DNA of 30,219 bases from an uncultured Veillonellaceae bacterium (GTDB taxonomy: Bacteria > Bacillota > Negativicutes > Veillonellales > Dialisteraceae). This document shows positions 9,146 to 18,512 of this stretch, piece after piece (the stretch's first letter is position 1; every line of letters begins with the position of its first letter). The DNA lies in contig CAUBUJ010000001.1 of NCBI GenBank assembly GCA_958439155.1, forward strand, positions 1-30,219, in the 5' to 3' direction. The notes beneath the pieces were generated by a model. It did not search any database. It had not been told where the DNA came from and saw only the letters and a list, made by a program, of their open reading frames with translations. The position numbers were made by a program, and so were the translations under genes.

Positions 9146-10657
9146 ATGATGAAATACAGAAGCACAAGAAGCAATGAGACAGTTTCCGCAGGGCGTGCGC
9201 TGCTCCGCGGACTGGCTGGAGACGGCGGCCTGTACCTGCCTGATAAACTGCCGGATCCCTTTTTGAATTATGATGAGATGAAGGATTTTTCCTATCAGGA
9301 AACCGCGGTGTATGTACTGGGAAAGTTCTTCAGCGATATTCCCGAAGAGAAGCTCAGAGAATTTGTGCGGAAAGCTTACGGCAATACCTTTGAGACGAGG
9401 GATATTGTGCCGGTGAAAACCATCAATGAATCCTTCTCCATGGCGGAAATGTTCCATGGACGGACCTGTGCCTTCAAAGATCTGGCGCTGTCCCTTTTCC
9501 CGTACCTGCTCACCTGGGCGAAAGCGGAAGAAGAAGAGAAGAGAAGGGTACTGATCCTCACCGCTACGTCTGGCGATACAGGGAAAGCCGCTCTCGAAGG
9601 CTTCCGCGACGTGGCAGGGACGAATATTCTTGTGTTCTATCCTTCCGAAGGGGTGAGCCCCCTCCAGAAAGACCAGATGCGGAAACAGGAAGGGGATAAT
9701 GTGCGGGTCTGCGCCATCCGCGGCAATTTTGATGATGCCCAGAGCACGGTGAAGGAGATCTTCGCGAAAGGGCTCTCTCCGGAAGAAGGAGGAGAGGAAG
9801 TGGTCTTCTCCAGCGCGAATTCGATCAATATCGGTCGGCTCTTCCCGCAGGTGGTGTACTACGCCTGGATGTGGCTCCAGCTGGTGCGGAGCGGTTCCAT
9901 CGGGCAGAAGGAAACCTTCAACGTGGTGGTGCCTACCGGGAATTTCGGCAACATTCTGGCCGCATGGTTTGCCAAGCAGATCGGCGCGCCTATCGGCCAG
10001 CTGATCTGCGCATCCAATGAAAATCATGTGCTCAGTGACTTCTTTGCTTCCGGGACCTATGACAGAAACCGTCCCTTCCATCTGACCAAGTCTCCATCCA
10101 TGGACATTCTCATTTCTTCCAATTTTGAGCGCTTCCTCTACTACATGACCGGTTCGGAAAAGGCGGTGGCCGGCGCGATGGATGAGCTCAAGCGGGAAGG
10201 GTCCTACACGGTTCCGGAAAATACTATGAACCGGATCGCCTCGGAAATGCTCGGCGGCTGGGCGACGGAAGAGGCGATGGAAGAGGCTGTCAGTGAGGTA
10301 TATGAAAAATATGAGTACCTCATGGATCCTCATACCGCAGTGGCGTACGCCGTATATAATGACCTGCGGCGGAAAGGGAAGATTACCCGCGGCACGCACA
10401 CGGTGATTGTGAGCACGGCCCATCCTTATAAATTCCCTGACGCTGTGGCGGAAGCGCTCCATATTCCCGTTGCAGGGAGCGCCTATGACAAGCTGCGCAC
10501 CATTTCGGAAAAAACAGGCATTGCCATCCCGCCCCAGCTGTCCCGGCTGGAAAACGCGCCGGTCCGCTTCTCTGACGTCATCGCCCGGGAGGAAATGGAC
10601 GGCTATGTCAAGTCTTACGCCCGTTCTATCGGGGAGAAAGAAAACGGCGGGCAATGA
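9146..10657 (+). CDS. thrC: Threonine synthase
   Basis: YRSTR, GLAGDGGLYLP, PLP lysine FHGRTCAFKD, ATSGDTG, NSINIGR, VPTGNFGN, SPSMDILISSNFER, DPHTA, TAHPYKF; GGAGG SD. Confidence 0.96.
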   Translation: MMKYRSTRSNETVSAGRALLRGLAGDGGLYLPDKLPDPFLNYDEMKDFSYQETAVYVLGKFFSDIPEEKLREFVRKAYGNTFETRDIVPVKTINESFSMAEMFHGRTCAFKDLALSLFPYLLTWAKAEEEEKRRVLILTATSGDTGKAALEGFRDVAGTNILVFYPSEGVSPLQKDQMRKQEGDNVRVCAIRGNFDDAQSTVKEIFAKGLSPEEGGEEVVFSSANSINIGRLFPQVVYYAWMWLQLVRSGSIGQKETFNVVVPTGNFGNILAAWFAKQIGAPIGQLICASNENHVLSDFFASGTYDRNRPFHLTKSPSMDILISSNFERFLYYMTGSEKAVAGAMDELKREGSYTVPENTMNRIASEMLGGWATEEAMEEAVSEVYEKYEYLMDPHTAVAYAVYNDLRRKGKITRGTHTVIVSTAHPYKFPDAVAEALHIPVAGSAYDKLRTISEKTGIAIPPQLSRLENAPVRFSDVIAREEMDGYVKSYARSIGEKENGGQ

Positions 10658-11358
10658 GACGGCGCAGCTGGGATGAAAAAGGGGAGCGCCGGTTCCGGAT
10701 CTTACTGCTTCTTTTTATGATCGCCGCGCTGGCGTCTATCCAGTTTTTCGCCCCTTCTTTTTATCCTACCGTATATGAGCTCACCAGAAACAAGGACCTG
10801 GAAGGGCTGATCCGGTATCTCCAGAGCTTCGGCGCCTGGGCGGTGGCGGTGAGCTTCTTTATCGACGTGGTGATCAATATTGTGGGATTTCTCCCGTCGA
10901 TTTTTATTTCCACCGCGAACGGCCTCATTTTCGGTCTCTTCTGGGGTACCATCATTTCCTGGCTGGCAGAAACCACGGGAGTGGTCATTTCCTTCTGGGC
11001 GATGCGGGTGCTCTTCCGCACCATGGCGATGCACATCATCAGCCGGAGTCAGACCCTTTCGAAACTGGAGCAGTATGAGACCTGGCAGGCGGTGGCAGCG
11101 GCCCGGGCCATTCCCTACATGCCGAACGGCCTTGTCACAGCCATTTCGGCCCTGTCCTCCATGCCTTTTGAGCGGCACCTTCTGGGAAGCCTCATAGGCA
11201 AGCTTCCCTCGGTGGCTCTTGAAGTGTGCCTGGGTCATGATATCGTGAATTTTGGGGAGCATTCCCTGCGGCTCACCATTATTATCCTTGTGGTGGCAGC
11301 CCTTTACGGCGGGGTGTGGTGGTATACGAAAAAAAGAAAGAAGAAGGAAGAAAAATAA
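10654..11358 (+). CDS. TVP38/TMEM64 (DedA/SNARE-associated) membrane protein
   Basis: FLPSIFISTANGLIFGLFWG, ARAIPYMPNG and GKLP patterns with several TM segments; ATGA overlap with thrC. Confidence 0.85.
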   Translation: MRRRSWDEKGERRFRILLLLFMIAALASIQFFAPSFYPTVYELTRNKDLEGLIRYLQSFGAWAVAVSFFIDVVINIVGFLPSIFISTANGLIFGLFWGTIISWLAETTGVVISFWAMRVLFRTMAMHIISRSQTLSKLEQYETWQAVAAARAIPYMPNGLVTAISALSSMPFERHLLGSLIGKLPSVALEVCLGHDIVNFGEHSLRLTIIILVVAALYGGVWWYTKKRKKKEEK

Positions 11359-11380
11359 AGTGCCATTTCTTTTCTTCCTG

Positions 11381-11410
11381 GAAACGCTGCTTGACAAGCG
11401 GCGTTTTTTT
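11381..11410 (+). terminator. Intrinsic terminator after thrC-TVP38
   Basis: AAACGCTGCTT-gac-AAGCGGCGTTT plus T run. Confidence 0.8.
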
Positions 11411-11505
11411 ATGGGGAGAAGGCGCCTTTCGCAAAGCGTGCTATAATAAGCCATAAGGATTTCTTTAGAGCGACACGGTTTCCCTGCCGGGAAGGATGGA
11501 CATCA

Positions 11506-12849
11506 ATGACGAAACTGTTTTCTCTCCTGCTGCTGCATGTGCCCCGGGGGCTTCTGATTCTCGCAGGATTTGCTCTTTTTATGCTGGCCGGGGCTTTTCT
11601 CCTTATGCTGCCTGCTGCCCAGACCGGGGCGCGGGAGATTTCTTTTGTGGATGCCCTCTTTACCTCGGTGAGCGCCGTGAGCGTCACCGGTATGAGTCTC
11701 ATCAATATGCAGACCGATCTCACCATGGCAGGGCAGCTGATCATGCTCTTCATGATCCAGGTGGGAGGCCTTGGAATCATGACCATTATGGCCCTTATGG
11801 GCATTTCCACAGGGCGCCGGCTGCGCCTGCAGGAACGGCTCCTGATCAGCGATTCTTTCAATATGCAGACCCCTTCCGGCATGGTCCTTCTTGTGCGGAA
11901 AATTGTGTGGATGACACTTTTCATCGAATTCATCGCAGGCACGCTCCTGGCAGTCCGGTTTTACCAGGAAATTGGATGGATCGGCGTGTACTACGGTTAC
12001 TGGCACGCTGTATCTGCCTTCTGCAACGCCGGCCTTGACTTGTTCGGCGGCGGCAGCTTTTCTCCTTTTGCCCAGGATCCCTTCGTGTGCGCTGTGGTGG
12101 TCGTGACCATGATCCTCGGGGGCATCGGCTTCGTTGTCATTGATGACGTGGCGAGAAACCGCCGTTGGAAGCGGCTCTCTCTGAACAGCAAGATGGTGAT
12201 TACCGCCGAGATGGCTTTTACCATTTTCGGCGCCGTCGTGTTTTACGCCATGGACCGGGACAATCCCATGACCATGGGAGAAATGAATCCAGGCATGGAA
12301 GTGCTCAATTCCCTTTTTATGTCCGTTTCTTCCAGAACGGCAGGATTTACCACCTTTGACATTGCTGATGTGGCCATCAGCACCCAGCTCTTCGTGATGT
12401 TTCTCATGTTCACCGGTTCGGCCCCTGTATCGACCGGCGGCGGCGTGCGCACCACCACCATGATGATTCTATTCCTCTCGGTGTTGTCATGGATACGGGG
12501 CCGGGAAGATGTGGTCATTTTCCACAAAAAGATTGCCGAGTCCTACATCATCAAATCTTTCCATATTTTTACGCTCTCCTTCTTTCTCACCTTTCTCACA
12601 GCTTTCCTGCTTCTCATCTTTGATACGCACCATCTGGAGCTGGAATCAGTTCTCTTTGAGAGTGTCTCTGCCTTCAGTACCGTCGGTTTCAGCGTGGGCC
12701 TTACAGGAGAGTGGAATGATATTTGCAAAATGATTCTCATTATGGCCATGTTTATCGGCCGCATCGGCGTGATGACCCTGGTCATTACCTTCGCCGACCG
12801 CCAGCAGGGCCGCATTAAATATCCTACAGAAAAAGTAATTATCGGATAG
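11506..12849 (+). CDS. ktrB: Ktr/TrkH-family K+ uptake membrane subunit
   Basis: Four pore-loop glycine motifs (SAVSVTG, SAFCNAG, SSRTAGF, SAFSTVG), QVGGLG, STGGGVRTTT, MFIGRIG, YPTEKVIIG. Extended -10 TGcTATAAT at 11439-11447. Confidence 0.9.
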   Translation: MTKLFSLLLLHVPRGLLILAGFALFMLAGAFLLMLPAAQTGAREISFVDALFTSVSAVSVTGMSLINMQTDLTMAGQLIMLFMIQVGGLGIMTIMALMGISTGRRLRLQERLLISDSFNMQTPSGMVLLVRKIVWMTLFIEFIAGTLLAVRFYQEIGWIGVYYGYWHAVSAFCNAGLDLFGGGSFSPFAQDPFVCAVVVVTMILGGIGFVVIDDVARNRRWKRLSLNSKMVITAEMAFTIFGAVVFYAMDRDNPMTMGEMNPGMEVLNSLFMSVSSRTAGFTTFDIADVAISTQLFVMFLMFTGSAPVSTGGGVRTTTMMILFLSVLSWIRGREDVVIFHKKIAESYIIKSFHIFTLSFFLTFLTAFLLLIFDTHHLELESVLFESVSAFSTVGFSVGLTGEWNDICKMILIMAMFIGRIGVMTLVITFADRQQGRIKYPTEKVIIG

Positions 12850-12857
12850 GACGTACT

Positions 12858-13517
12858 ATGGAACAGAAATTGCAGTTCTTCGTGGCCGGACTAGGGCGGT
12901 TCGGCGAAAGCGTGGCGGTGACGCTCAACAAAATGGGCTATGACGTGATGGCCATGGATATTGATGAAAATGTGGTGCAGGACCTGTCATCGTCCCTGGG
13001 CTACGTGGTCTGCGCTGACGCGTCGGATGAAAAGAATCTCGCCGCCATCGGCGCAGGCAATGCCGATGTAGCAGTGGTCGCCATCGGGGACCTTTCTGCA
13101 AGCCTTTTGACGACGCTCCTTTTGAAAGATATGGGCGTGGGCCGCATCGTAGTGAAAGCGCTCGATGAGCTTCATGGAAAAATGCTCCAGAAAATCGGCG
13201 CGGATAAAATCATTTACTCGGAAAAAGAAATGGGCGCCCGTGTCGCCCACAACTTGATCAATCCGGGCATTGTGGACTACATCGAGCTCAACAATGACAT
13301 TACGGTTCTCACCATTCATGTGCCTGCTGACTGGGTCGGGAAGAACCTGCTGGAGCTGGATGTGCGCCGCCGCTTCCATATTACGGTAGTGGCGATCCGC
13401 CGCAGGGAGGAGACTTTCATCAATCCCCGGCCGGACATGGTCATGGGCCGGGAGGATATGCTGGTCATCCTAGGCGATACGGAGCATGTCAAGGAAATCA
13501 CGAAAAATCTGGACTGA
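12858..13517 (+). CDS. ktrA: Ktr/TrkA-family RCK regulatory subunit
   Basis: GLGRFG Rossmann motif, LQKIGADKII, RCK_C domain; adjacent to ktrB. Confidence 0.9.
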   Translation: MEQKLQFFVAGLGRFGESVAVTLNKMGYDVMAMDIDENVVQDLSSSLGYVVCADASDEKNLAAIGAGNADVAVVAIGDLSASLLTTLLLKDMGVGRIVVKALDELHGKMLQKIGADKIIYSEKEMGARVAHNLINPGIVDYIELNNDITVLTIHVPADWVGKNLLELDVRRRFHITVVAIRRREETFINPRPDMVMGREDMLVILGDTEHVKEITKNLD

Positions 13518-13786
13518 GAATCATTCCCCGTGAGGGAAAGACCGGGAAGAGCGCTGCAGGAAATGAAACCATCCAGCGCTCTCTTTTGCTTTGTTCTTTT
13601 GGCATGGCTTTTGGCGCTGTGAGCAAGGGAAACGGATTCTCAGCAGATTTTTATGGAGATTTTTCATTTCCGTATAGACTTATATTGTGATATGATAATG
13701 TAGAATTCGTGTGCGAAGGGCCTTTTGTCATGCCCTTTTCCTGATATACTATCGGTTTTCTTCGAATTTGAAAGATAATGGAGTGA

Positions 13787-15055
13787 ATGTACTTGGAAAA
13801 GTTAGTCATAAAGGGAGGAACGCCTCTCACCGGGACCGTTCATGTATCGAGCGCCAAAAACGCGGTGCTTCCTATTATTGTGGCGGCGATGCTGCCGGAA
13901 ACGCCGGCGTCCATTATAGACGCGCCCCATCTGGACGATGTGACCACCATCTGCAGCGTGCTCGAATCTCTCGGCGTCAAGATCACGAGAAAAGAGCATG
14001 AGCTGGTTTTTGACGCGTCCCATATTGAAAGAACCGAAGCGTCTTACGAGCTGATGAGCCGCATGCGGGCGTCCTTCCTGATTATGGGACCGCTTCTTAC
14101 GAAGAAAGGCCACGCGAAAATCGCGCTCCCCGGGGGCTGTATGATCGGCAGCCGTCCCATTGATCTTCATTTGAAGGCTTTTGAAGCGATGGGCGCGGAA
14201 ATCAAAATCTGCAATGGTTATGTAGAAGCGTCTGCTCCGAAGGGCCTCAAAGGGGCGGATATTTACCTGGACTTCCCCAGCGTGGGCGCTACGGAAAATG
14301 TTCTCATGGCAGCGGCTCTTGCCGATGGCCGTACGGTCATTGAAAATGCTGCGGAAGAGCCGGAAATCGTGGATCTTGTGACCTTCCTCTCCAGCATGGG
14401 CGCCAATATTAAAGGGGCCGGCACCAATGTGATCCGCGTGGAAGGGGTCAAGAGTCTCCAGGGGATTTCCCACACAGTCATTCCGGACCGCATCGAAGCG
14501 GGGACCTTCATGATCGCCGCGGCCATGGCCGGAGGGGACGTGGTGGTGGAAAATGTGCTGACAGAACATTTAAAGCCGCTCCTTGCCAAGCTCGGCGAAG
14601 CAGGCGTGAAAGTCATCAAGGAAGACAGCGACCGGGTCCGCGTCATTAGCGACGGGAAGATCCGCTCCACCGATATCAAGACACTCCCCTATCCGGGATT
14701 CCCGACGGATCTCCAGGCACAGTTCATGGCTCTCATGACCATCGGCAGCGGCGTCAGCACCATTACAGAGACGGTTTTTGAAAACCGGTTCATGCATGTA
14801 GGGGAACTGCAGCGGATGGGCGCGTCTATTGAAATTGAAGGACGGAAAGCCATTGTCCGGGGCGTTCCTTTCCTGCGGGGCGCCTTCGTGCGGGCTACCG
14901 ATCTCCGCGCCGGCGCGGCGCTCACTCTGGCAGGGCTTGCGGCGCACGGTGTGACCGAAGTGGGCGATCTGCACCATATCGACCGGGGCTATGACCATCT
15001 CGTAGAAAAGCTGAAGGGACTGGGAGCGGATATTTCCCGTGTGAACGATGACTAA
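13787..15055 (+). CDS. murA: UDP-N-acetylglucosamine 1-carboxyvinyltransferase (true start may be TTG 13793)
   Basis: AKNAVLP, RMRAS, LPGGCMIGSRPIDLH with the fosfomycin-target Cys retained, PSVGATEN, PDRIE, YPGFPTD, DLRAGA. Confidence 0.97.
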   Translation: MYLEKLVIKGGTPLTGTVHVSSAKNAVLPIIVAAMLPETPASIIDAPHLDDVTTICSVLESLGVKITRKEHELVFDASHIERTEASYELMSRMRASFLIMGPLLTKKGHAKIALPGGCMIGSRPIDLHLKAFEAMGAEIKICNGYVEASAPKGLKGADIYLDFPSVGATENVLMAAALADGRTVIENAAEEPEIVDLVTFLSSMGANIKGAGTNVIRVEGVKSLQGISHTVIPDRIEAGTFMIAAAMAGGDVVVENVLTEHLKPLLAKLGEAGVKVIKEDSDRVRVISDGKIRSTDIKTLPYPGFPTDLQAQFMALMTIGSGVSTITETVFENRFMHVGELQRMGASIEIEGRKAIVRGVPFLRGAFVRATDLRAGAALTLAGLAAHGVTEVGDLHHIDRGYDHLVEKLKGLGADISRVNDD

Positions 15056-16124
15056 AAAGCAGAAGGATCTCTACGTCCGCCCGGGACTTGGCATTATGGA
15101 CTGGATTGGATCCCTCGGCGCTGAAGATGTAGGCGTCGATCTGGGCACGTCCAATGTGGTGGTGTATGTCAAGAAAAAAGGGGTGATTTTCCCGGAGTCC
15201 TCCGCAGTGGCTGTGCGGGAGAAGACAGGGGAAATGTTTGCCTCCGGCACAAGGGCGGAAGAAATGGAAGGACGCACGCCCCGGGGCATCCGCGTGATCC
15301 GTCCTCTCCGGGACAGCGCCATTGTAGATTACAACGCGGCGGCGTACCTTTTAAATTCTGTGATCAACCGGTCCTACCTGAAGAGTCTCTTTTTCCATCC
15401 CCGTCTGATCGTATGCGTTCCTGCCGGCGTCACCGGGGTGCAGCGGCGGGCCCTCCTCGAGGCGGCGGTCACCATGGGCGTGCGGAAAGCGGTCCTTATT
15501 GACCAGCCTCTGGCAGCGGTGATGGGGATGGGCGTCAATACGGATAAAATGGAAGGGGCCATGGTGATCGACATTGGTGGCGGCTCGGCGAAGATCTCTA
15601 TCGTGTCCCGTCACGGCCTGGTCGCGTCCGACTCCATTTACGATGCAGGCATGGCCATGGACCAGTCCATTATGATGCGCGTCCGGGAGAAATACCGGGT
15701 CCAGATCGGCCGGCAGACCGCGGAATCAGTAAAGAAGCGTCTCGGCATCCGCTGGGATGTGTCCCGCCGGATGGAAGCGGTGGAAGCGGCGGGGAAATCC
15801 CTTGTCACCGGCCTTCCTGTGAAAGTGAGCGTCACCGGGGAAGACGCGGCGGAAGCGCTCCGGCCGGGCCTCCAGAATTTGTACCGGAAAATCCTGGCAG
15901 TGCTCCAGAAAACGCCGCCGGCGCTGCTCGCGGATATCCGGGATCATGGGATCATGCTCACCGGAGGCTGCGCCCAGCTGGAAGGGCTCGATGAAATGAT
16001 CACCCGCGTGGCAGGCATTCCTGCCTACGTAGTAGAACAGCCGATGTACGTCAATGCCATCGGCTGCGGATTTGCTCTGGAATATATGAATTATATGAGG
16101 GACTCCCTGCAGGATCTCCATTAA
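15048..16124 (+). CDS. Divergent MreB/Mbl-family actin-like protein (alternative start 15096)
   Basis: GVDLGTSN, IRPLRD, CVPAGVT, DIGGG, LVTGLP, KTPPALLADI, LTGG; located downstream of murA as mbl is in Firmicutes. Several motifs are degenerate. Confidence 0.85.
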   Translation: MTKKQKDLYVRPGLGIMDWIGSLGAEDVGVDLGTSNVVVYVKKKGVIFPESSAVAVREKTGEMFASGTRAEEMEGRTPRGIRVIRPLRDSAIVDYNAAAYLLNSVINRSYLKSLFFHPRLIVCVPAGVTGVQRRALLEAAVTMGVRKAVLIDQPLAAVMGMGVNTDKMEGAMVIDIGGGSAKISIVSRHGLVASDSIYDAGMAMDQSIMMRVREKYRVQIGRQTAESVKKRLGIRWDVSRRMEAVEAAGKSLVTGLPVKVSVTGEDAAEALRPGLQNLYRKILAVLQKTPPALLADIRDHGIMLTGGCAQLEGLDEMITRVAGIPAYVVEQPMYVNAIGCGFALEYMNYMRDSLQDLH

Positions 16125-16166
16125 AAAAAACCTGTCATAAGATTGATTCTTATGACAGGGTTTTTT
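16123..16166. terminator. Bidirectional terminator between the convergent mbl-like and MFS genes
   Basis: A-run, CCTGTCATAAGA, loop, TCTTATGACAGG, T-run. Confidence 0.85.
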
Positions 16167-16201
16167 GCTTGGAATTCAAGCTTTGCGGCAGGGAGTTTTT
16201 T

Positions 16202-17419
16202 TTACTCTTTGCCCGGGGATTTTCGCCGGAGGGCCTGGATACGGTCATTCTGCTTGAGAGCGCGGATCACGAAGAGCACACACACGATGCCCGACAGGAG
16301 CCCCATGGCGCCGCCGGCAAGACCGATATAGTCAATGGCGGCATAGGTGCATACCAGACCGCCTGCGTAGGTGCCAAAACCGATACCCAGATTGAATATG
16401 CCTGAGTACATGGACATGGCCACTGCCGATTCCGCCATGGTGACGGCGCGGATGATCTCCGCCTGGAAAGAGACGCAGTACATGGTGGCTGTCATGCCCC
16501 AGAGGGCGCAGAGAAGGACCGCGCTTTCCATAGAGACCGCAGACGGGAGGAGCAGGAAAAGAACCCCTGCCATGGAGAAGAGCACCGCTTTTACGAAGAA
16601 GAAGCGGTGGCGGCTGTAGAACTGGGAAAAAAGGAAACTTCCTGCGATGCCTGCCGCGCCGAAGAGCATGAGAATCACCGTGACCGTACTGTCCGGGAGA
16701 CGGGCCGTCTGCTTCAGGAAAGGCTCAATGTAGCTGTAGCCCGTATAGTACGCCGAAGAGGTGAGGAAGGTCAAAAGATAGAGGCCGGTAAGAGCCCGGT
16801 TTTTGAAAAGGGCAGGAAGCTCTCTCACAGAGAATGAACCCGCCGCGGGGACTTTCGGAAAGACAAAGAACAAGTAGAGGCATACGAGAAAGGCCGTAAT
16901 CCCAACGCAGGCAAAAGGCATGCGCCACCCCAGAAGGAGCCCGAGGGTGCGGCCCAGAGGGAGCCCGAAAATCATGGCGATAGACGTGCCGGTCACCACC
17001 ATGGAAAGAGCGAGGGACTTGTGGCTTTCTGAGACGATGCGCACCGCAAGCGGCGGCGTGATGGACCAGAAGATGGCATGGGTGGAAGCGACGCCGATGC
17101 GCGCGGCCAGGAGGACATCAAAACTGCCTGCTGAAGCGGAAAGCATCTGGCATACGCCGAAGAGAGCGACCACGATGAGGAGGAGCTTCTTCATTTCCAT
17201 GGAGCTCGCCAGAACCATGAGGGGCAGCGAAAGGAGCATCACTGCCCAGGCGTACCACACCATGAGCATGCCTGCCTCTGCTTCCGTCAGGGAAAAGGTA
17301 TCGGCAATGTCCGTCAAAAGGCCGATGGGCATGAATTCAGAAGAATTGAAAATAAAAGCGGATACAGTGAGCCCCAGAAGGGGGAGCCAGCTGGAAAGCG
17401 GCATGGAAGAAAATTTCAT
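16202..17419 (-). CDS. MFS transporter, SotB/AraJ-like sugar or drug efflux family
   Basis: AFIFNSSEFMPIGLL, ARIGVASTHAIFWSI, GLPLG, GWR, YSYIEPFL, FNLGIG; about 12 hydrophobic segments. Confidence 0.88.
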   Translation of the reverse strand: MKFSSMPLSSWLPLLGLTVSAFIFNSSEFMPIGLLTDIADTFSLTEAEAGMLMVWYAWAVMLLSLPLMVLASSMEMKKLLLIVVALFGVCQMLSASAGSFDVLLAARIGVASTHAIFWSITPPLAVRIVSESHKSLALSMVVTGTSIAMIFGLPLGRTLGLLLGWRMPFACVGITAFLVCLYLFFVFPKVPAAGSFSVRELPALFKNRALTGLYLLTFLTSSAYYTGYSYIEPFLKQTARLPDSTVTVILMLFGAAGIAGSFLFSQFYSRHRFFFVKAVLFSMAGVLFLLLPSAVSMESAVLLCALWGMTATMYCVSFQAEIIRAVTMAESAVAMSMYSGIFNLGIGFGTYAGGLVCTYAAIDYIGLAGGAMGLLSGIVCVLFVIRALKQNDRIQALRRKSPGKE

Positions 17420-17553
17420 AAGAACTCCGTAACTGCAAAAAGGACAATAGAGAACAGGAAAAGTATACCGCGAAACCGGGGAAAAAGAAAGATGGCAAAA
17501 GAAAAGGGCCCTTCCTGTCGGGAGGGGTCCTGCGGGAAAGGAGCGGTCCTTTC

Positions 17554-17790
17554 TTAAATCGTTTTTTCGCCGAATACGGGGTGACGCACCGGACGCAGGC
17601 TTCTGTGCTCAATAATAGAGAGCGCTTCTGCCATGGAAATATCTTCCCGGCCTGTTTTCGTCTCATACACCGCCACGGGAACGGCTGCGTCCAGTTCGCT
17701 TCCAGGAAAATACACATACTCTCCTGTGTGGGCGTCGCCGTAAATGAAGCCGGATAACAGGCGGCTCTCTGCCAGTTTGTGCGCCATCAT
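17554..17790 (-). CDS. Small hypothetical protein (about 78 aa)
   Basis: GAGGTG SD before ATG ATG (17790/17787); globular-looking sequence MAHKLAESRLLSGFIYGDAHTGEYVYFPGSE; last gene of the minus-strand cluster. Confidence 0.7.
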   Translation of the reverse strand: MMAHKLAESRLLSGFIYGDAHTGEYVYFPGSELDAAVPVAVYETKTGREDISMAEALSIIEHRSLRPVRHPVFGEKTI

Positions 17791-18487
17791 GCACCTCGCA
17801 TATGAGATAAGGTTTAAAATCAAGATAATCCGCCGATGTGAGATGGAGGCGGATCCCCTCCATTTCTTTCGGGATATTGTGAAAATTCTGCTGCCCGTGG
17901 ACATGGCCGAAAACACAGTCCGTCACATGATGCTCTTTCATGAGGGACAGGATGTGCATGGGCTGCCGTTTCTCGTCATACGGGGGATAGTGGAGCACGC
18001 AGATGATGCGGCGCGCCCCTTTCTTTTCCGCAAGCTCTATGCCCCGGAGAAGACGCCCTTCCTCCCGGCGGAGGATGACGCCGTCATTTTCCGTGAAATT
18101 GCGGGCCGTCTCAGGAATCCAGCTCCGCGTCCCTGCAAGCGCGATGGGCCCTGCCATAATGACGTTGTTGTTGAGAAACTCAAAAGCGCCATGGGTGGCT
18201 TTCGTCATTTTTGTGACCGTGTCCCACCAGTAGTCATGGTTGCCCCGGACGACGATTTTGCGCCCTGGAAGAGCGGCGATCCATAGGAGGTCGGGGAGCG
18301 CCTCTTCCAGGTTGCGTCCCCACGACAGGTCGCCGGCGATAATTACCGTGTCTTCTTCGCGGATCGCCGCCATCCAGGATTTGTAAATTTTTTCTCTGTG
18401 GTTTTTCCAGTTGTCCCCGAATACGTCCATGGGCTTTGTCGGTGGATCGCCGGACAGATGGAAATCGCTGAATGCGTAAAGTTTCAT
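17663..18487 (-). CDS. Calcineurin-like metallophosphoesterase (uncharacterised family)
   Basis: Five metal motifs SDFHLS, AGDLSW, RGNHDYWW, LHYPP and FGHVH; ATG 18487 behind AAGGA. The last 38 residues look like read-through. Confidence 0.9.
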   Translation of the reverse strand: MKLYAFSDFHLSGDPPTKPMDVFGDNWKNHREKIYKSWMAAIREEDTVIIAGDLSWGRNLEEALPDLLWIAALPGRKIVVRGNHDYWWDTVTKMTKATHGAFEFLNNNVIMAGPIALAGTRSWIPETARNFTENDGVILRREEGRLLRGIELAEKKGARRIICVLHYPPYDEKRQPMHILSLMKEHHVTDCVFGHVHGQQNFHNIPKEMEGIRLHLTSADYLDFKPYLICEVHDGAQTGREPPVIRLHLRRRPHRRVCVFSWKRTGRSRSRGGV

Positions 18488-18512
18488 GCCCAATCCTTGT
18501 ATGGTGAAAAAT

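Noticed and set aside
8945..10654. 569-aa minus-strand ORF
   Set aside because: It is the antisense shadow of thrC and also crosses the tRNA gene. It shows no motifs and is expected from codon bias.
11359..11505. c-di-AMP (ydaO) riboswitch before ktrBA
   Set aside because: Only about 55 nt lie between the -10 and the start codon, which is too short, and no ydaO motifs are visible.
14125..14160. Intrinsic fosfomycin-resistant MurA
   Set aside because: The active-site Cys in LPGGC is retained rather than replaced by Asp.
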